From Malacoraja senta (Eukaryota): a stretch of DNA of 58,639 nt. Where the stretch lies: positions 1 through 58,639 of the forward strand of contig JAXLNO010001824.1 of the NCBI GenBank assembly GCA_038087875.1. Direction: 5' to 3'. A program made the translations under genes and the position numbers. A model generated the notes under the pieces. It was not told where the DNA came from. It made no database searches and saw only the letters and a list, made by a program, of their open reading frames with translations. Each line of letters begins with the position of its first letter. Within the stretch, counting starts at the first letter, position 1. Below, piece by piece: positions 12,137 to 23,382 of the stretch.

Positions 12137-12281
12137 CACAATTCTACAATACCGCCATTCTCACACCTCATTAGTGCAACATTATCACTATCAACAATTT
12201 TATACAAGGAAATTAAAAAGTTGTTGATAATGATACTGTTGCACTAATGAAGTGTTTGAATGTTGGTATTGTAGAATTGTG
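12137..12281. repeat. Imperfect 145-bp palindrome with about 65-bp arms (also about 36767-36911)
   Basis: Left arm cacaattctacaatacc..cattagtgcaaca.tatca.tatcaacaa pairs with ttgttgataatgatactgttgcactaatg..ggtattgtagaattgtg. Confidence 0.85.
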
Positions 12282-12399
12282 GCAGAGTTTCAGATTAAAA
12301 GAAGATTAACTGCAGATGCTGGAAATATAAAACAAAGCTAGATGGTGCTGCTGTGTATTGGTGCAGTGGCAGACATGGTAGTTCTGCCAGCTGGGTGGA

Positions 12400-12900
12400 T
12401 GGAGAGACACAGAGATTTTCAAATCTGTTAAATTGTGAGGAGAAGGTACAGGGAAGACTTACAAGGATGTTGCGAGGGATTGAGCAGATTAGGACTTTAT
12501 TTCTTGGAGCACAAGAGGATGAGGGATGATCTTATGGCAGGTAAAAAATCATGCGAGGAATAGATCGAGTTAATACACAGCCTTTTGCTCAGAGTAGGGG
12601 AATCGAGAACCGGAGGACATGGTTTTAATATGAGGGGGGAATGATTTAACAGGAACCTGGGGAGTAACGTTTTTACACAATGATTGGTAGGCACATGAAA
12701 CGAACTGCCAACAGAAGTAGTTATGGCAGGTACTATCGTAACATTTAATAAAATATTGGACATGTACATGAATATGATATGTTTAGTGGGTTAAGGGCCA
12801 AGAAAGGGCAGGTGGAACTAGTGTAGATTGGGCGTGTTGGTCAGCGAGGGCAAGTTAGACCGAAGGGCCTGTTTCTATGCTGTATGACTCTATGATTATA
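12400..12900 (+). mobile_element. Degenerate LINE 3' fragment, V4-C2b intron (also about 37050-37550)
   Basis: Decayed LGLYSLE.RRMRGDL-like and SRTGGH-like sequence, with the tail gggccgaagggcctgtttc..tgtatgactctatgat. Confidence 0.6.
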
Positions 12901-13021
12901 TGTAGATGGATGGGTCAGATTCCAAAATGGCGGCTCTGGCTAAGATACATGGTGGATATTGGCGAGTGTTTGATTTTCAGATGTTCACTCAGTTGTCTGA
13001 CTGTTTGCTCCTTTCCCACAG

Positions 13022-13342
13022 ACCCCGTGTCTGTTCCTGTGCTTGGATTTCTGTCACCAGCCAATGTCTCCTGTCTCGGGGGCTCAGTGACAGTGTCCTG
13101 TGAGTCGGTCAGTGGATCCCTTCCCATTAGCTACACATGGTATGAAAAGACCCCATCTGTGGATTCAAAGATCTCAGACCAAAATGCCTTGGATCTGCAT
13201 TGTCAATCATTCAAACACCAGCACCATCAATATTATTGCACAGCCTCCAATAATAATGGAACTAAATCCAGTGAAATGGTCAACGTGTCCATCTCCAGCA
13301 GTGACGTGCCCTGCAGTTTTCTAGTGAAAATCAACGGCACTG
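13022..13342 (+). CDS. Gene A exon C2b, C2-type Ig domain
   Basis: ttcccacag|ACCCCGTG acceptor, ACTG|gtaagt donor, 321 nt; DPVSVPVL..VSC..YTW..YYCTASNNNG. Confidence 0.92.
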
Positions 13343-14098
13343 GTAAGTAGTGGGGGGGAATGAGGAGAAGAAGGGGAAGTGCGGGTGGGGGGTTCATCAG
13401 ATTACAAGTGATAGAAGCAGAAATAGACCATTCAATCATGGCTGATCTATCTTCCCCATTCTCCTGCTTTCTCCTCATAACGTCCGTCACCCTGAAATCC
13501 CTGCACGTTATTTAATTAATTTATCAAGATTAATATATGGAATTATGGCTCATTTGTCAGTACTTGGTTGTTGGGCTCCAGAAATAGAATTCCTAGTGCT
13601 GGTGTAGGCTAACATCCTGTATAGAATTGTCTCTTCCATTTACACAGCTTTAAACTAGGTTTGCAGTGACATCAGTCCATGCACATTCACTTTCCCACCA
13701 CATGATCCACACACAGATATGGTAAGGGATCAGACATTATCAGTAAATGTGGCCACAGTTAAATCCTTGACGACGGTATCCCATTTACCAGCACCTCGTC
13801 CATTGCAGCAATTCAGGTACCTCCACCTTCTGGGTTTAAAAATATGTCTTGATACCCTTGAAACATCCTGCTCCTTAACTTAACCATGTGTTCTCCACAT
13901 TTACACATATCTGTCGTGCAACATTTCCCAAAAATCCACTGTCTATGCAGCTCAGAGTTTTTGCACACCTGTAATTGGTTTCCCCTTCCTCACCTGTCCT
14001 GCATGGAATTTTATAAAAAACCCTATCCAACCCCTCCCCATAACTGCAATGTTTCATCCCAAGCAACACTTCTCACAAGTCTCAAGTGAAATTGCACC

Positions 14099-14452
14099 CT
14101 TTAGATTAGTTTGTGGATACAGCGTGGAAACAAGCTCTTCAACCCACTCGGTGCACACCGTCCAGTATTCACCAGTACACTAGTTCCATGGAGACCATTT
14201 TCAAAGCCAATGAACCGGCAAACGTGCACGACTTTGTAATGCGGGGGGGGAGGGGGAGGGGGAGGGGGGGAGGGGGGGAGGAGGGGAGGGGGGAGGGGGG
14301 GAGGGGGGGGAGGGGGGGGAGGGGGACAGGAGCACTTGGAGAAAACCCACACGGTCACAGGGAGGTGGTAAAAATTCCGTACATCCGTAGTCAGGATCGA
14401 ACCCGGGTCTCTGGCGTTGTAAGGCAGCAACTCTACCGCTGCGCTACTGTGC
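14099..14452 (-). mobile_element. tRNA-derived V-SINE (HE1-like) with internal G-tract (also about 38751-39068)
   Basis: Reverse of the tRNA-like head: ggatcgaacccgggtctctggcgttgtaaggcagcaactctaccgctgcg. Confidence 0.8.
14243..14325 (+). repeat. G-rich low-complexity tract
   Basis: About 83 nt of G runs broken by single A residues; shorter in B (about 38894-38941). Confidence 0.9.
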
Positions 14453-14645
14453 CGTCGACACCTGGCGCCAGAGTTGTTACCAGCCCGCCTGCTTGTCGTA
14501 ACATCTCCCATTTACTCAACTCACACTGAAGAAACATTATCCTGTCTGTTAAGCCTATCAACTACTTACATCGGAAAACCATACTCCTTTGTTCAACTGC
14601 AAGTGAAAAGCAGTGAAACTGACTTTTATTTCCTTGTTCCAACAG

Positions 14646-14694
14646 GTCATGAATATTCTTGTGAAAATTCGATAACATCCAATTACTCTGCAAG
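14646..14694 (+). CDS. Gene A linker exon (GHEYSCENSITSNYSA)
   Basis: ttgttccaacag| acceptor with pyrimidine tract, AG|gtaaac donor, 49 nt, phase 1 to 2, which bridges C2b (phase 1) to the TM exon (phase 2); open in A and B. Confidence 0.7.
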
Positions 14695-14825
14695 GTAAAC
14701 CACTTTATTTCCAATGGAAGTTACAATATAGTAATTGCTGGTGTTTTGGTTGGGAATGCTTTATTTGGGAGAAATTTGTGCCTGCCTTTCACTAGCATTA
14801 AATGCCCTGAGAGTATTGATCTGAA

Positions 14826-15185
14826 TGCACAGTGGCACAGCCGATAGAATCACAGCCTCACAACACCACGACCCTGGTTCATTAGGTGCTGTCTGTGCGT
14901 GGTCTGCATGTTTTGCCTTTTATTGTGTTGGTTTCATTTAAGTGCTCCAGTTTCCTCCCAGCTCCCAAAGATGTGCCAGTTGTAAATTGCCCCGTGTGTA
15001 CAGGACAGCGGTTGAATCTGTGGATAGGGGATGGGGCGGGGAGGGAGGGAGGGTGTTGGACGGTAGTGCTAGTTGATGAGAAAGTGGGGAAAATAAAAAT
15101 GGGATTGACAGAGGATCCGTGTGAATGTAGTTGACTGTCGGCACAGGCCAGAAGGCCAAATGGCCTGTTTCAATACTGTGTTTCT
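14826..15185 (+). mobile_element. Older V-SINE copy (also about 39445-39800)
   Basis: gtgctccagtttcctcccagctcccaaagatgtg V-core-like block with a LINE-type tail. Confidence 0.65.
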
Positions 15186-17006
15186 CCATGGGTCTTTGAT
15201 CCAATGAAACCAAATATCGAAGCATAATCAAATTTTGTACGTCCAGCCATGATCACATTGAATGGCGGTGCTGGCTCAAAGGGCCGAATGGCCTACCCCT
15301 GCACCTCTTGTCTATTGTCTATTGTCTATTGTTTCAAGCCTGACACCAAATATAAATGTATCTCTTAAATATTCGTTAATAATATGTATATAACTTGCAA
15401 ACCAATTATTAGTTAACTCTTCAGAAGGGGAATTACACTGGGTTTACATCTCATTGTGTTGTGTACGTGCTTGGATGATAAGAACAAGTTCTTCCATTTG
15501 CTGCTTTTCAGAGAGCGCTTCCTGCAGTATTCACCATGACTTTTCCTTCACTAACCTCATCCCATGCTATGAGATGAATATAGTTGCCAAACCCAAGTCT
15601 TGCAGTTTAGCTTGGTTGAGACTTGCTCTGGTGTGGTGCTGATAGGTAAATGCATTATGAATTATGGGCTAAGACACCCCCCTTGATATCACTTATGGCA
15701 ACACCTTGCCATTGATGGGGCACGCACCAACAATTCGCTGGCGCAGAATGTGAGAAAAGTCTTGAATCAGACCGAATACAGCGAACTGAGTTAACTCAAT
15801 CAATCAATCAATCAATCAACCGTTATTGTCATTTTAAACATTTCACACATAAATAAAAACAATAAAAACACTCCAAAATAATAATAATCAATAAATAAAT
15901 AAATAAATAAAACAATCCAGTCCCTGATAAAAACAATACGAATAGCTAAAAAGTGCAGGTAAAAAAACAGCAACATTAAAATACAAGTAAAAACATTCAT
16001 AAATAACTGACGCTCCCTTACACATTGAATCTTGAAAACATTGTTTTTTTAAATTATCCCTGAATATTCCATCATAATACAGTCATGAAAGTGGGAACAC
16101 TTTGTTATTTATCTTGTTACAATTGAAATAGGTCTGGCTTTCTATCACACTCTTGCGATAGGAAATAAGAATATTAATAAAACGCACGCCGCTATGAGCG
16201 AACCTTTAACCGATTTTTCGAACACACACCATCCACACACCTACCGCGTTAATCCAAGTAATATCGAGAGGGCGAGATTAAGCATTAACATTTTTAATTT
16301 ATTTTATTACTTGGCCTCATCCGTTTCCATATTTATTGTCCCACCTCCCTTCCACCATTAGAATTGATCCCTTTTAATTAATCTATCCATATGGATTTTA
16401 TTATAATCTTCCTTGCAGCTGCATTTTCTTTCTTCCAGGGTATTACACTGTTCTTTGTATCTTTCACACATCCACAGTGTTCCCTTTCCCGTGACTCCCA
16501 GTCTGAAGAAGGGTCTCGACCCGAAACGTCACACATGGGGTCATGCAGCAAAGATTCGGTGGCGCAGAAAGTGAGAAACCAGCCTTGAATTCAACCGAAT
16601 ACACCGAACTGTCTTAAATGACGCTCCCTTACACATTGAACCTTGAAACCTCTCCCGCTGTGTTTCTCCAGCATTGCGTGTCTATCTACTCTGTAGTCAC
16701 TGAATTCACTGCTCCATCTGCTGACTTATTTCTCTGTCTTCTCCGAATCCATTTAACCGTCTAATCTCTGATACCCAGTATTGTAGATATGCTCCAGCAA
16801 AGAGGTCAGTAATTGGTGATCATAGGTTGCCCCCCCCCCCCCCCCCAGTCCAACACCCGTTCTTTCTCCAAGATGATCTCCATTGGCTCTGCTGCTTCGC
16901 CCCGCTCCACTTCACTAAGATTATAAAGCAAATAACAGGTAAATGTTTCAAAGATAAATCGTCACGTTTCCTCCCATTGATTCTGTATCTCTTGCCCTTT
17001 GCCCAG

Positions 17007-17097
17007 TTACATCTCATGGAATGTGGGGCGCTGGTTGTTCTTTCTCCTGCTTGTGCTCTGGAGTATCTCAACCGCGGTGTTCACAAGAAGCTCTAAG
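17007..17097 (+). CDS. Gene A transmembrane exon with Arg (SYISWNVGRWLFFLLLVLWSISTAVFTRSSK)
   Basis: ttgccctttgcccag| acceptor, AAG|gtaggt donor, 91 nt, phase 2 to 0; hydrophobic stretch followed by basic residues. Confidence 0.85.
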
Positions 17098-17715
17098 GTA
17101 GGTTTTATTATCATCATGTTCATAAATTATAGGAGCACAATTGGTCCATTCAGCCCATTATATATAATCCGCCCCCAATCACGACTATTCTAGCCTTCGC
17201 TCCCGATCCATCCTCCTGCCTTCACCCCATAACCCTTGACATCCTTATTTAAGAGGAATATGAAAATCTCCGGCTTAAAAATATCAATTGATTTGGATAG
17301 GTACAAAAATACTGGAGTAACTCAGCGGGACAGGCAGTATCTCCGGAGTGGATTGATATGGCCTCCACAGCCTCCTATGGTAATGAAATCCATTGATTCA
17401 CCACCCTCTGCCCAAAACAATCCATTCTCTTCGCCGAATGTATCCAAACGGTTTCCATTAATGCTTTCAGATATCCTGTCCATTGATATAAACAAAAGTC
17501 GTGCACGTTTTCATAACCTGAAGTTAAACCAAATCACTATGTAGATGATATCATGTGGTTTTGTCAGGTTGTACGTGTGCTGGGTGGATTTCTGTGCGCG
17601 GTGTGGATTCGTTGGGGTCCATCTTCCAGACAGCCATGTGTTGGGGGTGGTCGGGTCAAATAAAGCGTGGTTCCCACTGTCAGTGAGTCTGATGACTTCA
17701 CATTGTCTTTTGCAG

Positions 17716-17763
17716 AGACGCGATGAATCAGAACCTCGCCACTCGACACACGAATTAGAATGA
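17716..17763 (+). CDS. Gene A terminal cytoplasmic exon (RRDESEPRHSTHELE*)
   Basis: tgtcttttgcag| acceptor, phase 0 matching the TM donor, TGA at 17761-17763; same peptide in B. Confidence 0.7.
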   Translation, partial: RRDESEPRHSTHELE

Positions 17764-18146
17764 AGACTCCTAGCTTGCACCAACAGTGAGGGAATTCTGC
17801 ACCGCGATGAAATATTTATGCATCATCCTGCTTTGTCAACTGATACCAATTGGACGAATATATGTATCTTGCAATTCACCGAACGGTTTCATGAAAGTGA
17901 CTTCAAAGCAATGTTCCAAACTTTCCAAACCATATCTGTTTCCAAAACTCATTTACCACACTGGTCTTAATGTTTGTCACCTCTTCCAAGGTTTCTTTCA
18001 TCACCTTCGAACTATTGTTTTAACCTCTGCGTGGTTTCTGCTGCTCAAAAGTCTTATACCCTGTTAAAATATATTATATGCATTCAACTTCCTGGAAAAA
18101 AATGTTTTCGCTGAGAAATGAATAATTATGCATCAGGATGCTTCTT

Positions 18147-18169
18147 AATAAATTTTTGTTGTCAATAAA
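18147..18169 (+). terminator. Candidate polyadenylation signals of gene A
   Basis: AATAAA at 18147-18152 and 18164-18169 followed by a GT/T-rich tract, about 390 nt after the stop. Confidence 0.5.
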
Positions 18170-18540
18170 TGGTTTGTCTAATTTGTTTTGTTTAGACTGT
18201 AAATTTAGTGTTGAAGAACAGACTGAAATCAGATTGCTGGAGATTTCTCCTGTTGCCAAACGTTAAAGGCGTTAAGGAATGGCAATGATTAATCTTTCAG
18301 ACCATGCTATCCCATCAGAACAAAACTCCAGATGCTGGTTTAAACTGAAGATAGACATAAATTGCTGGGGTAACTCAGAGTGACAGGCGGCATCTGTGGA
18401 TATATGAGGTAAGTTTAGGCGGACTCAGCGGCGGTATTCAACGAATTGATCGCCGATCCTGCGCTTGTTCTCGCTTCTCGGCGATCGTTTCGCTGAACAG
18501 CTCCGCTCAGTCCGCCTAAACCTACCTGACATCCCGGTCA

Positions 18541-18880
18541 ATAGACAATAGACAATAGACAATAGGTGCAGGAGTAGGCCATTTGGCCCTTCGAGCCAGC
18601 ACCTCCATTCAATGTGATCATGGCTGATCATCCCCAATCAGTACCCCGTTCCAGCCTTCTCCCTATATCCCCTGACTCCGCAATTTTTAAAAGCCCTATC
18701 TATCTCTCTCTTGAAAGCATCCAGAGAACCTGCCTCCACCGCCCTCTGAGGCATAGAATTCCACAGACTCACCACTCTCTGTGAGAAAAAGTGTTTCCTC
18801 GTCTCCGTTCTAAATGGCTTACTCCTTATTCTTAAACTATCGCTCCTGGTTCTGAACTCCCCGAATATCGGGAACACGTT
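18541..18880 (-). mobile_element. CR1/HER1 3' end
   Basis: (ATAGACA)n tail; minus ORF RTRSDSLRIR..FFSQRVVSLWNS. Confidence 0.85.
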
Positions 18881-18882
18881 TC

Positions 18883-19365
18883 GCTAAACAGTTTAACTCC
18901 CCCTCCCATTCCCACACTGACATTTCTATCCTGGGCATCCTCCATTGTCAGAGTGAGTCCCAGCGCAAATAGGAGGAACAGCACCTGATATTTCGCTAGG
19001 GCAGCTTACACCCCAGCGGTGTGAACATTGACTTCTCTAACTTCAAGTAACCCTTGCTTTCCCTCTCAATCCAGCCCCCCAATTACCAGCTCTCCGATCA
19101 GTCTGACAGTCTCCGACTACATTTTACCTCTCATTGCTTTGTTGTTACCTTCTCCCAGCTAACAATGATCTATTCTACATTTTCCTTGAGCTTCACCCCC
19201 TTTGTCCCGTTTTCACTCCTTACAATTCCTAATCTAATTATTTCCACCTCCCTTGACTTCAGTCTGAATAAGGGTCTCGACCCGAAACTTCACCCATTCC
19301 TTTCATCCATAGATGCTACCTGTCCCAATGAGATACTCCAGCAATGTTGTACAACAATATTTTTT
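18883..19365 (+). mobile_element. Penelope-like 3' fragment
   Basis: EEQHLIFR.G...PSG.NIDFSNF-like sequence and the gggtctcgacccgaaac tail. Confidence 0.75.
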
Positions 19366-19571
19366 TGATTAAATGATTGAAAGAAACAGCATGGATACTG
19401 ACCATTTGGCCCACCGAGCCCACGTCAACCAGACATCAACCCTTTCACACTGGTTCTATATCACCCCACGTTCGCGTCTTTTGAGTACAGTAATGTTGAT
19501 AAACGTTTTATTGCTGCAACGAGTTATTCATTTTGTCCACCGTACAAAAGAGTTAATGGACTATAAATAAT

Positions 19572-19895
19572 GGCCAAGGTGGCGCAACGGTAGAGTTGCT
19601 GCCTTACAACGCTTGCAGTGCGGGAGACCCAGGTTCGATCCCGACTACGGGAACTGTGTGTACGGAGTTTGTACGCTCTACCGTGACCGCGTGATTTTTC
19701 TCCCAGATCTTCGATTTCCTCCCACACTACAAAGACGTACAGGTTTGTAGGTTAATTGGCTTGCTATAAATGTAAATTGTCCACAGTGTGTGTGGGATAG
19801 CGTTATTGTGCGGGGATCGCTGGTCAGTGTGGCCTCGGTGAGCCGAAGGGCCTGTTTCCGCGCTGTATCTCCAAACTAAACTAAACTAAACTAAA
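19572..19895 (+). mobile_element. Near full-length V-SINE (HE1-like)
   Basis: tRNA-like head with A and B boxes (ggtggcgcaacggtagag..ggttcgatcc), V-core, (CTAAA)n tail. Confidence 0.88.
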
Positions 19896-22041
19896 TTAGT
19901 GGAAAGTCTATTCTTGTGCCGAACAAAATGGTTGAGTTGCAGCTTGCAAAGCGCGGGGTGTGAAACTGCAAATACATTGTGTTGCTTTCTTCAGTCTGAC
20001 TTGTGACTGTAACCCCGCCCATGAAAGAACTATGAAGGATGTTGTTTGAATATAAGAAATGGTGACCTGCAATAACGGAGTAACCACCATAAAGTTCCGA
20101 AAGAGTCAAGGATTGCTTTGGGTAAAATGTCCCACTGACAAAGATAAATATTATCCACACAGTAAGCGGGGAGACGAGGAAATGAGACCAGAGGCTGCTT
20201 TGAACTCATAAACCCCCATGTTAGGGATATCCGAGGAGTGCTGAATAGCCAGAGGTACTTGCAGATTATGTGGTCACATTGATGCTGCCTGGCCCCTTTC
20301 AACTCGAGCTTGTTTATGGTCTAATGGGAGGAATGAACTTGAATTGGATCTTTACCCCACTGCAGGACATCCCAAAGTGCCTCATAGATAGTGAGAGGTA
20401 AACAGTCTGAGATGCGACAGATAGACATAAAATACTGGAACAACTCAGCGGGATAGGCAGCATCACAGCAGGGAAAGAACGGGTGACATTTCGGGTCGAT
20501 GCCACTATTGTGTTTAGTGATGGGTACTGGCTTGCAATGTACTTTAATCTAATATGTTCAAACAGTCATTTATTTCTTTACACTGAATTGTTCTGCAGTG
20601 CTGACACTTTGCTCGCGCTGCTGAAAAAAGGGTGTGTAGATACGTAACTCTGAACCGCATCTTGCGAGCAGCTCGCTGTAAAACTGTTTGCTGAGCAGTG
20701 TTTGCAGTAGTCATGGGTCAAAGGCAAATGTAGACAGAATTAAATTGTTTTGCTGCATCGTCCGTTCCTCTCTGCAGTGTTTTTAGGTGGGCAAGTATAC
20801 AGGAAATAGCTCCCAACAAAAGATCCTTTACTGAGGGTCGCCAACGCTCAGCTAACACCGGTGGCGGACTCATCAGTGTGTTACACCCATACTACGTGAT
20901 ACACAACATTGCCACAGATGTACACAACCAGAATAAACGGCACTGTTCCATTGAAAGTGACACACCAGAACGATAGACGGCAGCAGATATTAGGTTATAT
21001 TATAATGCAACTAGTTGCCTACAGAATGAAATCGTTGCAAGCAGATGTATAAAATCAGCCAATGGAATGTACACGAACACAACCCTGATAATGTATTCGC
21101 TCTGCATTGTAAAGAAGACAAGTTAATAATTCAATTCGCCGTGCATATTCTACCTTGCTTTAACTTCACTAAGTGTATCACTTCGCCCTTGTTGAGTTAC
21201 ATTACACATGTCAGTTACATTCCACATCCCGCTTTCCCAGCTGATCTCCATCCTGTGGTAATTCTAGACAAACTTCTTCACAGTCCTCCAGACCGTTAAT
21301 TTTCTATTTTCAAAATGTGAATACCATGACAATAGTGTTTCAAATTTGAATTGAAGAGTTGAAGCAGAGAGGAGAGGGTCAAACTCCAATTAACCTCAGC
21401 TGATTTCAGATGAAAATCCCCTACTTCCTAACGCCAGCTTCCTGTTTTGCCCCTTGTCAACAGTAATAAGCAAAAACAAAAGTTCCAATTATTATATTTT
21501 TGATCTGCCGGTCCACTTACAAAATCATCAAGAGGGAATGATCGGGAAGTGTACACATCTTAGACGTTTCTACAATTCTAAATCGTCATATTTTATCCAA
21601 TGTATCATTGTTTACATGAAGGGGCCCGACCCGAAACGTCACCTAACCATTTTCTCCAGAGGTGCTGCCTGGCCCGCAGAGTTCCTTATGAATTTTTTTG
21701 TCTGTCATTATTTCCTCCACTGTTCAGTGTTAACAGACTCTGAGTACAGAGATAATCGCCGCTGCATCCTAACGGATACATCACACTTGACGAAGTGGTT
21801 GAAGCAGCTGCAATAACAACATGTAACGAGCACTTGGACAGTTCCACGTATGGGGAAGGTTTGGGGAGTTTCGGGTTGAACGTGGGAAAATCTGACTAAC
21901 TTAGATGAGCACATTGGTCTAACGCGTTGGGGAGAAGGGCCTGTTTCCGTGACGTATGACTGTGATCATCCGACCCAACCATTTGTTAAATATAACCCTG
22001 ATCCTTTCACACTGTAACGTGTCGAGCTGCTGCTGGCTCGC

Positions 22042-22048
22042 TGTGGTT
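22042..22048 (+). promoter_or_regulatory. Possible RUNX site about 120 bp upstream of the leader ATG (also 49897-49903)
   Basis: TGTGGTT consensus match in B and C; motif match only. Confidence 0.2.
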
Positions 22049-22168
22049 CACGATCTGAAGTCCTGTTCCCTTCTTCGTCGTTGCTATTCGAGAGATGAGG
22101 TTGTATCTGAGAGCTACGAGCTGAGCGACAGACTGACAAGTGCTGACCTCGTCACTGTGGATAAAACA

Positions 22169-22205
22169 ATGTGGATTCCCATTCTTCTCATCTCCTCGCT
22201 GCCGG
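22169..22205 (+). CDS. Gene B signal-peptide exon (MWIPILLISSLP-G)
   Basis: aaaacaATG with A at -3, hydrophobic 12-mer, CCG G|gtgagt phase-1 donor; joins V1 as MWIPILLISSLPGAVWA. Confidence 0.88.
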
Positions 22206-23134
22206 GTGAGTGAAAGCCAGATCCTGATATTCCAATGATCAATGTTATTTGGCGTCCCATGCACCCTTTTCACAGCAGAGATAGTTAAGTATGTGTAGAC
22301 ATGTAATGGGGGAGGTGCAACTCAGTGCATTGTGGTGATGGATCTGAAATCACATTTGAATATCTAGACTATGTTCGTAGTTTAATCACTGTTGGCACTT
22401 GGTCTAATAGCATCCTGATGATAGTTTATAGGCATAAAATAGCAAATGAATTTGGAGCAGATACTCCAAGATACCTGGACCGGACATAGGTTGCAGCATC
22501 ACCAGGAAGTTAATTCTACACTTTTGAAATGTGTTTACAACTTAGGGGGGAGTCGGGATTGTGGACTCATTGTGTCAGTTCAAATATTCCCTGCATTTGT
22601 CCAACTCAACTCTGTCGCAAACCCAACAATCCCCCGGAGTCTGAGACTGAACCACTGTCCTCGCCCTATCCACCTACCCCCAACTCTCTCTCCATCCTCT
22701 TTCCAATCCGCAACCAAGTCGCGCTGAAATGCAAGTTCAGTTTATTGTCACGTGTACCGAGGTACAGTGAAAAGCTTTTTCTTGCGTGCTAACCAGCCAG
22801 ATACATGATTATAATCGATCCTCTTACAGTGCATAGATACATGAAAGGGAAATAAAGTTTAGTGTAAGGTAAAGCCAGCGAAGTCCGATCAAGGGTAGTC
22901 CGAGGGTCTCCAAAGAGGTAGATAGTTCAGCACTGCTCTCTGGTTGTGGTAGGATGATTCCGATGTCTGAGTACAACTGCGAAGGAACTGTCCCCGAATC
23001 TGGCGGTGTGCGTTTTCACGCTAATAACGCTCTCCGATAATGTACCCGCTTTATTGTAGTTCGTCCGTCCTCTGTGTCCTCAGTCAGGGCTTTGTAAAGG
23101 CAGTGGCGGCGGTGAATGTCTAAACACGGGTCCG

Positions 23135-23382
23135 CCTTTCCGCGGCCGGGTGGGACTACAGGGGTACCAGGCGCTGTTCGCGGGCACCTGGGGGATTTCC
23201 GGGACATCTGGGCACCGCCTGGGGTTGAATACATCCTTGACAAGTATTGTAACATAGTTGTATAGTTGTTTATTTCGTTTATTTGTTTCTCTTGTATTAT
23301 GGTGGTGGGTTCTGTTTTGTTTTATTGTATCGTAAGTATTATTTTCAATAATTAAATTAATTATTTGATAATATTTTTTAAA
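23135..23382 (+). mobile_element. Short 5'-truncated L1/Tx1-type insertion with 13-bp TSD in intron 1 (also about 50990-51236)
   Basis: TSD AAACACGGGTCCG at 23122-23134 and 23383-23395; residual DFRDIWAPPGVEYILDK..* frame, then AT-rich 3' UTR and A tail. Confidence 0.75.

Larger units (their letters stand above)
413..17763 (+). other. Gene A: CD300/pIgR-like (MDIR-like) six-Ig-domain receptor gene, 5'-partial, probably disabled
   Basis: Ordered exons V-V-V-C2-V-C2-linker-TM-tail with compatible splice phases; the leader would lie upstream of the window; in-frame TGA in V4. Confidence 0.85.

Noticed and set aside
19572-19650. tRNA gene
   Set aside because: The tRNA-like head runs into a V-SINE core and a (CTAAA)n tail, so it is a SINE.
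21956-22168. 85-aa ORF upstream of the leader as coding sequence
   Set aside because: Only the last 12 codons from the ATG at 22169 form a signal peptide ending at a GT donor. The rest is probably 5' UTR or promoter.
22154-22168. CACTGTG just upstream of the ATG as an RSS heptamer
   Set aside because: There is no correctly spaced nonamer and it is not adjacent to a V, D or J segment.
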